NCBI GenBank assembly: GCA_963779385.1
Contig: CAVZYE010000008.1
Coordinates: forward strand, 14,828-78,827
Reading direction: 5' to 3'
DNA from: an uncultured Acidobacteriaceae bacterium
Lineage (GTDB): Bacteria; Acidobacteriota; Terriglobia; Terriglobales; Acidobacteriaceae
Length of the DNA: 64,000 bases
The notes beneath the pieces were generated by a model, which was not told where the DNA came from, did no database searches, and saw nothing but the letters and a program-made list of their open reading frames with translations. A program made the translations under genes and the position numbers. This document shows, in pieces, positions 1 to 11,817 of the stretch (positions within the stretch are counted from its first letter, which is position 1; each line of letters begins with the position of its first letter).

Positions 1-500
1 GGTGCGGCAGGGGTCTCGGCTTGCCAGATGATTTCGATGACTTGCCACTGATGGCCATCGAAGACCGCCTGAATGCTGTTGATGCCCCGGTCGAGTGGCT
101 TGCCTTCCGGGGTGGTGCGGGTTTCGTAGGTGCTCCAGAGGTGGGCAATGTGGGCCCAGGATTCGGTGCGGACCTTGATTTGGTGCTCGTAAAAGACGTC
201 GCTTCCGCGCTTGCTTACCGCTTCAATCCAGCCGTCTACGGTGAGGATGCGTGTGGTTGCAGTGCCGTCGGCGGCGATGCGGATGGGGATCAGGCGGGCG
301 CCGGGGAGAAAGAGTTGGCGGAAACAGGTACGGTCTTTGTTTGCCGGGCCGCTGACCGCGGCGTCGAGGGCGGTGATGAGCTGGTCTAGCGTGGCGGTGG
401 AGGGGCAGGAGGGGGTGGTTTGTGGCGGCGTGGTTTGCGCTGATGCTGCGGGGGCTAGAAGGGCTGCGGCTAGGATCAGGAAAATTAATAAGCGGCGCAT
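1..500 (-). CDS. Secreted NTF2-like (SnoaL/DUF4440-like) protein, 3' end runs off window
   Basis: Manual translation (not in ORF track): MRRLLIFLILAAALLAPAASAQ signal peptide, then ...ISGPA-like VSGPANKDRTCFRQLF...IAHLWSTYE...RGINSIQAVFDGHQWQVIEIIWQAE. Confidence 0.75.
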   Translation of the reverse strand, partial: MRRLLIFLILAAALLAPAASAQTTPPQTTPSCPSTATLDQLITALDAAVSGPANKDRTCFRQLFLPGARLIPIRIAADGTATTRILTVDGWIEAVSKRGSDVFYEHQIKVRTESWAHIAHLWSTYETRTTPEGKPLDRGINSIQAVFDGHQWQVIEIIWQAETPAA

Positions 501-595
501 ATGGGGATTTTACAGAATCGGGGAGTGCGCGTGGGGAGATTTGGTGGATTCATTACGTGAGGCACCGGGAGTTACAATCACGGTGAGTAATCAAC

Positions 596-1768
596 ATGAC
601 ATCACGATGGACGACTTATGCAGTTCTTGCGTGTGCGATAGTGCTATGCGGGGCGGCAATCACTTGGCAACTTTGGAGCACGAATTCCAGTGAGCACAGG
701 CTTGCGGAGGCCGCTAGAGATTGCCGGGCGCGCGCCGAGCAGGGAGATGCGAAGGCTGAGTCCCAACTGGCATATATGTACTCGCAGGGCCAAGGTGTGC
801 CGCGAGACTACGACGAGGCTCTCCGCTGGTACCACAAAAGCGCAGATCTGGGATATGCGGGCGGCGAGGACGGACTGGGCCATGTGTATCTATATGGCAG
901 GGGCGTTCTACAGGACTATGCTGAGGCACTTCGCTGGTACCGCAAAGCCGCGGACCAGGGCGATGCTAAAGGTCAAAACGAATTGGCCATCGGGTATGAG
1001 GTTGGAGAAGGAATGCCGCGGGACTACGCTGAAGCTCTCCGCTGGTACCACAAAGCCGTTAACCAAGGTTACGCTAGTGCTGAGTACAATCTCGGCAACA
1101 TGTATTACTACGGCAGAGGGGTGCCGCAAGACTCCGCTGAGGCCGTCTATTGGTACCAAAAGGCAGCGGATCAAGGGAACGATTATGCTCAGAGCGTTTT
1201 GCACATCAAGTGGAAGGGCATGAGCACATGCAAGAAAATCAGTCTTTCGGCAATGTTTCTGGTGTGCTCATGGTATTTAGTAGGTTCTCTAATGCCGGGA
1301 GGAAAATTTCTAGAGGGGCAACGGCGAATCTTGACCCTGGCCGGGTTAATCGGCCTTTCCTACGTGGTGTTTGATCTGCTTGGGTTCCGTTATATCGGAA
1401 TTCTTACGCCTGTATCAGCCATTGTCGCCTTCAAGTTCGTCGATAGCCTTATGGCCGGAACGTTCGTTGCCCTGCTTCTCTCTGTGATACTGCCGAGGAA
1501 AGCCTGGTCGATGGTCCTCAAGGTAATTCTGTGGGTGTTCGGAATATTATTGATCGGGATAGACACCTTTATAATTTCAATTTCTAAAATGAGGCATGTT
1601 GTCCCGCCCCTTCGTCATTGCTGGCCGATCAATGCGCATTTGCTTGGAATGATGGTTGGCTTAGCAATCGCCCTATGGCTGGGAAGCAAGAGACGAATTG
1701 GAACTGAACCGCAATGCGAAGTTGTGGCGTCCGAGTTGCCAACAGAAATCAATGGGGATGGGGCATAG
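596..1768 (+). CDS. Sel1-like repeat (SLR) protein with N-terminal TM and C-terminal multi-TM domain
   Basis: Four 36-aa repeats (G.GV..DY.EAL.WY.KAA.QG); hydrophobic C-terminal half. Confidence 0.85.
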   Translation: MTSRWTTYAVLACAIVLCGAAITWQLWSTNSSEHRLAEAARDCRARAEQGDAKAESQLAYMYSQGQGVPRDYDEALRWYHKSADLGYAGGEDGLGHVYLYGRGVLQDYAEALRWYRKAADQGDAKGQNELAIGYEVGEGMPRDYAEALRWYHKAVNQGYASAEYNLGNMYYYGRGVPQDSAEAVYWYQKAADQGNDYAQSVLHIKWKGMSTCKKISLSAMFLVCSWYLVGSLMPGGKFLEGQRRILTLAGLIGLSYVVFDLLGFRYIGILTPVSAIVAFKFVDSLMAGTFVALLLSVILPRKAWSMVLKVILWVFGILLIGIDTFIISISKMRHVVPPLRHCWPINAHLLGMMVGLAIALWLGSKRRIGTEPQCEVVASELPTEINGDGA

Positions 1769-1816
1769 GGAAACGCTGATTTAATTTGTTCCACTCTTGC
1801 GATAAAAAAGCAGACG

Positions 1817-1855
1817 CAGGTCCTTCGATTTCGCTGCGCTTCGCTCAGGATGACA
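1817..1855. repeat. REP-like intergenic element (GGTCCTTCG...TTCGCTCAGGATGAC type)
   Basis: Imperfect palindrome between convergent genes, of a type I recognise from Acidobacteriota intergenic DNA. Confidence 0.5.
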
Positions 1856-1927
1856 AATTGTAGTGTGATTGAGTGTTGTTACGATAAAGGACTAGAAATT
1901 TAAAATGCGATAGATAGGTGGAGCTAT

Positions 1928-1973
1928 CCCACCCTAGCGGCAAAAACAAAGACGCCGCGAGGGTGGGGCACCC
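1928..1973 (+). repeat. REP-like hairpin, family A (CCCACCC...GGGTGGGGCACCC)
   Basis: Related copies at 21461, 22286 and 32591. Confidence 0.85.
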
Positions 1974-2001
1974 GGATTTGTGGGAAAGACTACTGCTGCC
2001 G

Positions 2002-3661
2002 CTAGATTTCGAGGATTACGGGCATGATCATGGGGCGGCGGCCGGTGGTTTTCTGGATTAGGCGCTTCAGGTCGACGCGGACTTTTTCTTTGACCATGCC
2101 GTAGTCGGATTTTTGCTCGGTGGTCAGGCCGTCGAGGGTCTTGATGACCAGTTCGCGGGCCTGGTCGGTGATGTCTGCGCCGCCAAAGCCGCGCATGACG
2201 ACTTCTGGCTGTTGTTCGACTTTGCCGGTGCGCTTGTTGATGGCCAGGACGGCGAGGACGATGCCGTCTTCGGAGAGAATGCGGCGGTCGCGGATGACGA
2301 GGTCTTCGACTACATCGATGGAGGAGCCGGAGTCGATGAGGATGCGGCCGGCGGTGACTTTGTCTTTTTTGCGGGCGTCGTTTTTGTCGAGTTCGAGAAC
2401 GTCGCCGTCTTCAATGACGATGGCGTGCTCGACTGCGCCGGTTTCCATGCGCGATCTTGGCGTGGTGCGGCGAGATTGCGGTAGTCGCCGTGGACGGGGA
2501 TGAAGAATTTGGGGCGGACCAGGTTGATGAGCAGGCGCTGCTCTTCCTGGCGCCGTGGCCGCTGACGTGGATGAGGCCGTTGGAGCCGTCGTCGAAGATG
2601 ACGTTGGCATCGCGGCGGCTAGAGGTGGTCGATGACGCGGAAGATGCTTTTCTCGTTGCCGGGGATGATGCGGGAGCTGAGGATGACGGTGTCGCCGGCG
2701 TCGATGTGGGCGTGCTTGTGGTTGTCGACGGCGGCGCGGCTGAGGGCGGTCATGGGTTCGCCTTGCGTGCCGCTGATGAGGATCATCAACTGCTCGGGGC
2801 GGATAGTCGCGCATCTGGCCGGGATTGATGATCAGGCCCTGGGGGATGTCGATGTAGCCGAGGTCCTGGGCGATCTCAGTGCTCTCCATCATGGAGCGGC
2901 CGACGATGGCGACTTTGCGGCCATGCTTGCGGGCCAGCTCGAGGGCGATGCGGATGCGGTAGATGGAGGAAGAGAAGCAGGTGAAGAAGAGCTTCTTTTT
3001 GGTTTGGGAAAAGATTTCGTCGAGGCGGGGAATGACGGCGCGCTCGCTGGGCGTGTAGCCGGAGCGCTCGACATTGGTCGAGTCCTGAAGCAGGGCGAGG
3101 ACGCCGCGCTTGCCGTATTCGGCGAAGGTGTGCAGGTCGAAGGCGTTGCCGTCGAGGGGCGAGAGATCGATTTTGAAGTCGCCGGTATGGATGACGACGC
3201 CGACGGGGGTTTCAATGGCCAGGGCGACGCAGTCGACCAGGGAGTGGGTGACGCGGATGGGCTCGATGGTGAAGGGGCCGATGGTGAATTTTTCCTTGGG
3301 GACGATCTCGATGAGGGTGGTTTCGTCGAGCAGGTGATGCTCTTCAAGCTTGCCCTCGACGTAGGCGAGGGTGAACTCGGTGGCGTAGACGGGAACCTTG
3401 AGCTCGGAGAGGATCCAGGGCAGGCCGCCGATGTGGTCCATCGTGGCCGTGGGTGAGGATGATGGCGCGGACGTGCGCCTTGTTTTCAACCAGGTAGGTG
3501 ATATCGGGGACGACGATATCGACGCCGAGCAACTCCGACTCGGGGAACATCAGGCCGGCGTCGATGACGATAATGTCGTCTTCCCAGCGGAGGGCGAGGC
3601 AGTTCATGCCGAACTCGCCGAGTCCGCCGAGAGGGATGATTTTCAGTTTTTTTGTTTGCAT
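2002..3661 (-). CDS. rnj: Ribonuclease J (frameshifted in this assembly)
   Basis: IIPLGGLGEFGMN, THGH.DHIG, HTGDFKID and C-terminal RRPMIMPVILEI spread across several frames. Confidence 0.92.
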
Positions 3662-3860
3662 CTGTCAGGTTTGATGGTAACACCGGCGGGAGAGCATAAG
3701 GAATGTGGATTGGAGGGGGAATTGTGTGCTTTGCGGTCGGTGGTATAAAGGTTCGACGCTGGGGAACGGTGTGGAAGTTGCCGCTATTTCGGAGAGAATT
3801 TCACGGCAATTGATGAACGGGCAGAGGCGGAGTGGAATGGAATTTAGAGAGGGACGCATT

Positions 3861-6800
3861 ATGCGGCATTGGGGCGTAGGAATTCTGGTTGCGGCGGTTT
3901 TGTGGATCGGCGCGGAAGTGGCTGCGAAAGGGCTCCAGGGTGGGCACGGAAAGAGTGCTGCGGGCGCGCCTGGCGCGGCGGTGGATGTGTTGCTGAACGG
4001 CGGCGATTGGCGGATGGGGTCGTTTGTTTTTGGGGCCGGTGTGAAAGCTGGGGCTGAGTCGGTGACCTTTGACGACAGCGGATTTCGCACGGTGACGGTT
4101 CCCGGGGATACGCAGTTGCAGTTGGGTTATACGGGCGAGGAACGGTTTAACGAGAGCAAAGAACTGGTTGGAGTGAACGGCAGGGAGTGGTGGTACCGAA
4201 AGCACTTCAAAGCTGGAGCGAAGGCCGAGGGTGCGGTGAGCCGGCTGGTCTTTGACGGTTCAGATTACTTTACGACGGTGTGGCTGAATGGCCAACTTCT
4301 GGGAACGCATGAGGGGACTTATACGGCGTTTTCTTTCGATGTGGCCGGGGTGCTGCGGTATGGCGGGGAGAACGTGATTGCGGTTCTGGTGACGCATCCG
4401 GTGGCGCCTAAAGGTGGCAGTCTGCTCCAGTATCTGGACGGGAACCTGGGAGGCGAGGCGGACCCGGATGGGATGAGGCTGAAAGATGCGCCTTACTACA
4501 TCGATATCCACTGGGACGCGCTGCCGGCGCAGGGGAATGCGACGTTTGTGATGGGGATTTGGAGGAGCGTTCACCTGCGTACGGAGAGCACGGTGGTGAT
4601 TGGCGATCTGCATGTGGAGACGGAATCTATTTCTGCGGACGGGAGCGCGACGCTGCGTGTGGGGGTGATGCTCAAAAATGCCGGGCAGGAGACGCGCACT
4701 CGGACGGTGAAGCTCGAAGCTAAGGCCGGAGAATTTTAGCGGGGCGACGATGGAGTTGCCTGCGCTGGTGATGAATGCTGCGCCCGGCGAGACCAAGGCG
4801 GAGACAGAGGTGCGCGTGCCGGATGCGCGGCTGTGGTGGAGTTGGGATAAGGGCGCGCAGAATTTGTATTCGCTGGAGGCGGGGATTGACGCTGCGGAGG
4901 GTGATTGGAGCGACCGGCGGTCGGTGGTGTTTGGGATTAGGACCATTTCGCGCGACGCGGATATGGCGTACCGGCTGAATGGGCGAAGGATGTTTGTGAA
5001 GGCTTCGTGGTTTCCGATTGCGGATTTTTACCGGTCGACGCCGACAGCGGAGAGTTATGAGCGGGATTTGCGGCTGTTTCGCGATGGGAACTTCAATTTG
5101 CTGGTGAATTTTACGGTGGTGGAGAAGCCGGAGTTTTACGAGCTGTGCGACCGGCTGGGAATTCTGGTGGTGGTGGAGCTTCCGTTTCCGCAATATGGGC
5201 CGCAGCAGGTGATGGACCAGGGCAACCCATTGCGGGAGTCGTTTCTGAAGCAGGCTGGGTTGCAGGTGAGAGAGATTGTGACGGCGCTGCGCAATCATCC
5301 TTCGGTTGTGGAGTGGGCTCCGCTGGCGGAGGCGCACGAAAAGGCCGGCGGGTGGAGCAATGGGGTGGACCAGCAGGGCTATGACACCTTCATGGCGGAG
5401 ATGAAGTCGATTGTGAGCGAGCTTGCGCCGGGCAGCATCTTTCATCCCAGCTTGTGCGACCTGGGCGAGCAGCACTTCTGGTATGCGGCGGCGGGAATGA
5501 CGGGGCAGACGGGGGACTACCAGGAGATGTTCGACGCAAAGACGGGGTTTGTTTCCGAGTACGGCGGCATCTCGATGTCTTCAATATGAGAATCTGGGCA
5601 AGTATCTGACGCCTGCGCAGCAGTGGGATGAGAAAGCGAGCTTGCCATGGTGGTTCAATTTGCCCATCGATACGGCAGGCTACGCTTACTTGACCAGCTA
5701 CGAGAGTTCCGGTTTGTATAGCATGCTTTATCGCACCGAGCATTTTGTGGATCGCGATCCGAGATCGCCGGCGGAACTGGTGAGCGACACGCAGCTTTAT
5801 CAGGCATTTTTGCTGCGGTATGCGGCAGAGGCTTTCCGGCGTAAGAAGTACGATCCGATCAACGGCATTCGCTCGTGGGATTTTTTGGAGCTGAATCCGG
5901 GATTTCGCTTCGCGATTGTGGATTACGATCGCGTTCCCAAGACTGCTTACTGGTATATGAAGCGGGCGCAGGCGCCGGTGGCGTTGAGCTTTGAATACAA
6001 GGATGCGCTGGAATCGCAGACGGCGGGGAGCCGGTGGTCGGCGCCTGTGTGGGTGATCAACGATCTGGACCGGGAGATTCGCGGGACGGTTCATGCGGAG
6101 CTGCTTTCGCTGAGCGGCGAAAAAGTGGCTGGGGCTGATTTTCCTGTAACGATTGGCGCGGATGGGAAGGGCGTGGCCGGAGAGTTTGCTTTGACTTTGC
6201 CGCAGACGCCGGGAGTTTATGTTTTGCGGGCGACGATGGACGGGGAAGTGGGGCAGGCGGCGGAGGAGACTTCGTTCATCAAGGTTGTGCCGGCGGCGTT
6301 CTCTGGCTCGCATCGCGTGCTGCTGATTGCGCAGCAAAAGTTTGCCGGGCCGATTGGCACGATGCTGCGAGGGATGGGGCTGGATGTGGATGTGTACGAC
6401 GAGAACTCTCTAGACGCGATGGGGCGCGAGCTCGCGGATGGGGCGGCGCTGCGGGCTAAGTATGACGCGATCTGGCTGGGGAGTTTTCAGACGTTGGCCA
6501 AGGTGCTGCCAGCTGAGACCGCAAAGGCGGTGGGCGAGGCGGTGAAGGCCGGTACGGGGTTTATTCATACGGGCGGCGAAGGAAGCTTTCACGGAGGGCT
6601 GGGACGCGCTGCTCTAGTTGAAGCTACCGCGCTGGATGAGGTTTTGCCGGTGGAGATTTCAGGGCGCGCTGACCTTGAGTATGGAGCACACGGCATGGAC
6701 GATGGGCTGCAGACGGAGAATGCGATTCACGAGATTGCTGCGGGGAGCGATGCCGGCGAAGTTTCGCGCGAGGGTTTGGACCTGCTGCGCCGTTATGGGC

Positions 6801-7411
6801 TGATTGGATTTAACCGGGTTACTGCACGGGCGGGGTCGCGCACGGAACTATCGATTGTGGGAGAGCCGCTGCTGGTTACGGGTAAGTATGGAGAGGGCAA
6901 GACGGTTGCGTTTACCGGATTTACTCCGGCGTCGGACGCTTACTCCGCGCTGCCCATTGACGAGTACCTGATTGCCGAGCCGCGGGGGCGGGCTTATTTT
7001 GTTTTGTTTGCGGATATGCTGGCCGCTGTGATGCAGGGGGGGAGCGAGCGTACAAGGGAACTGCTGCATGTGCATGAGAAACCGCTCTTCCAGACGCTCA
7101 AGGAACAGCCGAAGACTCAGGTTACGGTTGCGGAAGTGGGTCCGATTGCGGTGGACGGGGCAGTTGCTCGCTGCCGGATGCACTTGGAGAACCGGAGTGG
7201 GTATGCTCACCTGGTTCACCTGAGAGTGGAGTGGCCGGGGGATGTTTCTCAGCCCTACTTGAGTGAGTTGAGCGATAACGACTTCGAGCTGATGCCTCAC
7301 GAGAGCAGGGATTTGGAATTGGAGTGGCGGGGCTCGAAAGTCGGAGGCCGAGCGAAAGGAACGCTGATTGTGAAGGCGGCCAACTCTGCGGAGACGCGGC
7401 TGACTTTCTAG
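3861..7411 (+). CDS. Secreted GH2-family glycoside hydrolase (beta-mannosidase-like) with C-terminal GATase1-like domain; split by two frameshifts
   Basis: [58 protein letters not shown]; ORFs 3705-4739, 4750-5589 and 5549-7411 are collinear. Confidence 0.85.
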
Positions 7412-8268
7412 CGCAACAGGTCTTCGAGAGTGGTGCTAAGGTCGGTTTTGTCGTCGCGGTATTTTACGATGACGGGGGCGTAGAGCGAGAGGTTCCACTC
7501 AGCGGCGTTGGCGTGGCCTTTGCCTTTGGTGACGGCGCGGGAGCCTGGGACTACCACGGCGTTTTCAGGGACGATGAGGGGCAGGTCGGCTGTGGCGCGG
7601 AGGATTTGACCGTTGACCAGGTCGAAGAGGGGAGTGCCGCGGGTGAGGATGGTTCCGGCGGCCAAGACCGCGCCCTTGCGGACGATGGTGCCCTCGTAGA
7701 CGCCGGAGTTGCCGCCGACCAGTACGTCATCTTCGATCACTACAGGGCTTGCGTTGATGGGTTCTAGGACGCCGCCGATCTGGGCTGCGGCGCTCAAATG
7801 GACGCGCTTGCCGATCTGGGCGCAGGAGCCGACCAGGGCGTGAGAGTCGACCATTGTGCCCTCGTCCACCCATGCTCCGGCGTTGACGTACATGGGCGGC
7901 ATACAGACCACGCCTCGGGCAAGATAGGCGCCGGAGCGGATGGAAGAGCCTCCGGGAACCAGGCGTATGCCATCGCCGGAAGAGAATTGGCGGACCGGGT
8001 AAGTGCTTTTGTCGACGAAGGAGAGGCCGCCTGAAGGCAGTTCTTCAAGGACGCCGAGACGAAAACCGAGCAGGATGCCCTGCTTGACCCATGCGTTGAC
8101 CCGCCAGCCAGTGGGCGAGGCCGGGTCCGGCGAGGCGGCGCGTACTTCACCGGTCTCGAGAGCGGAGCGCAGGGAAAAGAAAGCCGTCATGGCTGATTCG
8201 TCGCCGATGGCGGAGGGTCCCGCGGCAAAGTGGCGCTCGATGGTTCTTTGAAGCTGGCTGAAGGTCAT
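7408..8268 (-). CDS. dapD: 2,3,4,5-tetrahydropyridine-2,6-dicarboxylate N-succinyltransferase
   Basis: [23 protein letters not shown]...IGGVLEP. Confidence 0.95.
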   Translation of the reverse strand: MTFSQLQRTIERHFAAGPSAIGDESAMTAFFSLRSALETGEVRAASPDPASPTGWRVNAWVKQGILLGFRLGVLEELPSGGLSFVDKSTYPVRQFSSGDGIRLVPGGSSIRSGAYLARGVVCMPPMYVNAGAWVDEGTMVDSHALVGSCAQIGKRVHLSAAAQIGGVLEPINASPVVIEDDVLVGGNSGVYEGTIVRKGAVLAAGTILTRGTPLFDLVNGQILRATADLPLIVPENAVVVPGSRAVTKGKGHANAAEWNLSLYAPVIVKYRDDKTDLSTTLEDLLR

Positions 8269-8285
8269 GGCAATTTGAGAATAAC

Positions 8286-8335
8286 AGGGACTAAGGGACT
8301 AGGGACTAGGGACTAGGGAATAGGGAATAGGGAAT
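8286..8335. repeat. Heptamer tandem repeat (AGGGACT/AGGGAAT), about 7 units
   Basis: agggact-a-agggact-agggact-agggact-agggaat-agggaat-agggaat. Confidence 0.85.
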
Positions 8336-8429
8336 GAATCTTCTTTGGATGTTTAAGGCGGGGTTCATGGTTGTGGGCGATGTGATTGTTATTCTCGCTT
8401 GGCGAGTTGGCTGGTTTGTTCGTTGGCAC

Positions 8430-8807
8430 TCAGGCTGCGGAGATCAGGGTGGGTTTGGGGAGTGAAGTTTGGGCTGACTGGATAGGTTGCTTTAGCCTGG
8501 AGTGCGCGGCCAGGGAGATGGTTTGCAGGCGAAAGGAATTTTTTCCGGTGGGGATCATGGCCATGGGGAGAGGGGTTCGGTTGGAGTTTCCACGGAAGTT
8601 CTTCGCTTCAAGCCAGGCGCACAGCCTGGGGTCGCATATCTCCGGCCGTCCATGCCAGAAATCGGACGACAGTTCGCACTGAATCAGAAGATGATCGAGG
8701 TGCAACTCGATGACGGTGATGCGCCTGGGGAAGTAACGGCGGACATTGTATGGGCCTATGTGCAGACCGGTCACGGTGAGACCTCTGCTTTGCGTTCTGA
8801 CCACCAT
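8430..8807 (-). CDS. Hypothetical protein (Acidobacteriota-type)
   Basis: MVVRTQ..GLHIG..NVRRYFP...IEL.LDHL.IQC.L..DFW..PEI.DPRLCAWL; start may be further upstream (8870). Confidence 0.7.
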   Translation of the reverse strand: MVVRTQSRGLTVTGLHIGPYNVRRYFPRRITVIELHLDHLLIQCELSSDFWHGRPEICDPRLCAWLEAKNFRGNSNRTPLPMAMIPTGKNSFRLQTISLAAHSRLKQPIQSAQTSLPKPTLISAA

Positions 8808-9133
8808 GCGTACCTGCTTTTTCGGGTTGTCTGAGGTCAGTCTAGGGAGATTTGTAGTCGATGCGGCCATCTTGTGCCCGGAAACCGCGATGCGGATGCT
8901 ATTTTGGAACCCATCGTAGGAGTAAGACTATTCCGGGAAGGGAAGTGCCTCATCTTGCTCTCTTAACGCAGAGGCTAACTGCGATGGACGCTATTCATTT
9001 TTGTACAGGCTGGTAATTTTCAAGGAAACGGCTGGGATGCAGCGGAGGAGCGGCGCTACACTGACCATGTTGCATTTGAGATGGAGCCAAGCCAGTAGAC
9101 GGCCCAAAGAGAGTGGAGATCCCAGAGAAGATT

Positions 9134-10600
9134 ATGAAAAAAGTCAACCGGCGCAATTTTCTGCTTGGCACGGCTGCCGCAGCCGCACAGGCCGGAGTGG
9201 CGGCGTCATTGCCCAATGGTCTGAATCCGAGTGGGGATGCGAAAGATGCGCCTGGGACCGATCGGCCAAAGCCGAACATCGTTATTTACCACTCAGACCA
9301 GTTCCGGTGGGACTTTGTGGGCACGAACGGGTTGAACAGTTCCACGCGCACACCCAACCTGGATGCACTGGCTGCGGAAGGAACGAATTTTACCCATGCC
9401 GTGACTAACCAGCCGCTGTGCGCTCCGTCGCGTGCCGTGACGCTAACCGGCCGGTACGCCACGGAGACAGGCGTGTGGCGAAACGGCATCGGTCTAAGGC
9501 AAGACCTGCCCACGCTGGCCACGGAATTGCGGAAGGCGGGTTACACGACGAACTATATCGGCAAGTGGCACCTTGCTCCGGACAGCGAGGCCGAGGGCGG
9601 CGGCATTGGATACGTAAGGCCGGAGCAGCGCGGAGGGTTTCTCGATCTGTGGGAAGCTTCCAACATTCCGGAATTTACGTCGCATCCGTATGAGGGGACA
9701 TTCTATGACAGCGGCGGGAATGAGATTACTTACAAGGATCAGTATCGCGTGGACTTTTTGACCGGTCGCGCGGAAAGGTTTCTGCGACAAAAGCAGGAGA
9801 AGCCGTTTCTGCTGGTGATTTCGCAACTGGAGCCGCACCAGCAGAACGACATGGGCCGTATGGTGGGTCCAAGGGGATCGGCGGAGCGGTTCATCAATGC
9901 CCTGGTGCCGCCGGACCTGCGCAGCTTTCCCGGCGACTGGCACCGGCAGCTGCCGGACTATTATGGCGCGTGCGAGAGCATCGACGCGTCGGTGGGGCGA
10001 GTGAGGCAGATTCTCGAAGAGGAGAAGCTCGCGGCGACTACAATTTTTGTTTTCATGAGCGATCATGGCTGCCACTTTATGACGCGCAACGAGGAGTACA
10101 AACGCAGCGCGCATAACAGTTCGCTGCGCATTCCGCTGCTGATCTACGGGCCCGGCTTTGAAGGGGCGCGGCAGATAGAGGAGTTGGCGGGCCTGGTGCA
10201 TCTTGCGCCTACCCTGCTGGAGGCGGCGGGCGTGGCGGCGCCGAAGTCGATGCAGGGCAGGAGCCTTATGCCGCTGTTGCGCGACGCCAAGGCTCGGGAA
10301 GAATGGCCGAACCGGGAATTGATTCAGATAAGCGAATCGATGACTGCGCGCGCGATCCGTACAAAGGAATGGACTTATTGCGTGGCGGACTTGGGCGGCG
10401 ACACTTCGGCGCCCGCGAGCGCGAGTTATCGCGAGTACCAGATGTACGATCAGCGCGCCGATCCCCAAGAGCTGGTGAACCTTGCGGGAAGAAAAGAGTA
10501 CCGGAAAGAGGCCGAAGAACTGCGTGAGGAGTTGAAGAAGCTGATTGTCACCTCGGGAGAGAGGAAACCGGAGATTGTGCCGGCAAAGCTATATCCATAG
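9134..10600 (+). CDS. Tat-exported formylglycine-dependent sulfatase
   Basis: RRNFL Tat motif; CAPSR..LTGRY; GKWHL; SDHG. Confidence 0.92.
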   Translation: MKKVNRRNFLLGTAAAAAQAGVAASLPNGLNPSGDAKDAPGTDRPKPNIVIYHSDQFRWDFVGTNGLNSSTRTPNLDALAAEGTNFTHAVTNQPLCAPSRAVTLTGRYATETGVWRNGIGLRQDLPTLATELRKAGYTTNYIGKWHLAPDSEAEGGGIGYVRPEQRGGFLDLWEASNIPEFTSHPYEGTFYDSGGNEITYKDQYRVDFLTGRAERFLRQKQEKPFLLVISQLEPHQQNDMGRMVGPRGSAERFINALVPPDLRSFPGDWHRQLPDYYGACESIDASVGRVRQILEEEKLAATTIFVFMSDHGCHFMTRNEEYKRSAHNSSLRIPLLIYGPGFEGARQIEELAGLVHLAPTLLEAAGVAAPKSMQGRSLMPLLRDAKAREEWPNRELIQISESMTARAIRTKEWTYCVADLGGDTSAPASASYREYQMYDQRADPQELVNLAGRKEYRKEAEELREELKKLIVTSGERKPEIVPAKLYP

Positions 10601-10649
10601 CGGGGGCAGGTGGAAGTGCTGAAGATGGATTTTCACACGAAGGATTCGC

Positions 10650-11552
10650 ATGAGGAATTTGAAGATATTGGTTTTGGGACGCGGGGGCCAGGTGGGATGG
10701 GAGTTGCGCCATCGACTGGCTTGCGTGGGCGAGGTAATCGGGGTTGATTTTCCGGAGGTGGATTTCTGTAGCGCCGATTCGATTCGCGAGACGGTGCGAG
10801 CAGTTGCGCCGTCAGTGATGGTGAATGCGGCTGCTTATACGGCGGTAGATAAGGCAGAAAGTGAAACAGACCTGGCCATGGCGATCAACGGCACTGCGCC
10901 GGGCGTGCTTGCCGAGGAAGCAAAAAGGCTGGGTTGCGTCTTGGTGCACTATTCGACCGATTACGTCTTCGATGGGACGAAGCAGGGGTCGTATGTAGAG
11001 AGAGATGCGCCGCATCCGCTGAATGTTTATGGCAGCTCGAAACTGGCGGGCGATGGGGCGATCCAGGCGGTAGGCGGCGACTTTGTGATTTTGCGGACGA
11101 GCTGGGTTTACGGGGCGCGGGGAAATAATTTTTTGTTGACGATGCTGCGGCTGGCAAGGGAAAAGGCGGAACTGCAGATTGTGGACGACCAGATTGGATC
11201 GCCGACTACGAGCGAATGCATTGCGCAGGCTACGGCCGATATCTTGGCGCAGGTGCTTGCGCCTGCGGGGGGCGGGTTAGAGGGGCGGAGTGGAATCTAC
11301 AACCTGACTTGCGCGGGAGAGACGAGCTGGTTTGGATTTGCGAGGGAGTTTTTGAGCGAGCGGAGTGGGAGCGCGACGCCGAAGCTGATTCCGATCAAGA
11401 CCAGTGAGTTTCCGCGTCCGGCAAAGCGGCCGGCGAACTCGCGATTGTTGTGCCGGCGAGTGGAGGAGGCGTTTGGAGTGCGGATGCCGGATTGGAAGGT
11501 TGCGCTGGGGTTGGTGCTGGAGACGTTGCGGGAGGGAAGTTCGTTGACGTAG
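10650..11552 (+). CDS. rfbD: dTDP-4-dehydrorhamnose reductase
   Basis: G..GQVG, NAAAYTAVDKAE, STDYVFDG, YG.SK, VDDQIGSPT. Confidence 0.95.
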   Translation: MRNLKILVLGRGGQVGWELRHRLACVGEVIGVDFPEVDFCSADSIRETVRAVAPSVMVNAAAYTAVDKAESETDLAMAINGTAPGVLAEEAKRLGCVLVHYSTDYVFDGTKQGSYVERDAPHPLNVYGSSKLAGDGAIQAVGGDFVILRTSWVYGARGNNFLLTMLRLAREKAELQIVDDQIGSPTTSECIAQATADILAQVLAPAGGGLEGRSGIYNLTCAGETSWFGFAREFLSERSGSATPKLIPIKTSEFPRPAKRPANSRLLCRRVEEAFGVRMPDWKVALGLVLETLREGSSLT

Positions 11553-11817
11553 GGCAATCTTGCATCGTGATATTTGAATGAGGGCTTCATAGTGATTGCA
11601 GTTGACAGGAATTTTATTCTCCAATACTGTAAGGGGACGCTAGGTCATCCAACGATGCATGCCATCTTTAACAGAATCGCTTGTTGTTGTCTCTGATCTG
11701 GCTGGCGCCCGCCGGCTTTTACGCGATTTTGTTGTTCCAAACACATATCAGTATCACGAAGCCTTTCTTCAGGGGCTAAAGCCCGGTCAAATTTTGGCTG
11801 TTTGCGGCACGACTGAA

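Noticed and set aside
21-693. Plus-strand ORFs 21-389 and 211-693
   Set aside because: Shadows of the minus-strand secreted protein at 1-500.
2002-3661. Programmed frameshifting or true pseudogenisation of rnj and other split genes
   Set aside because: Indels are numerous, irregular and clustered; sequencing error is the simpler explanation.
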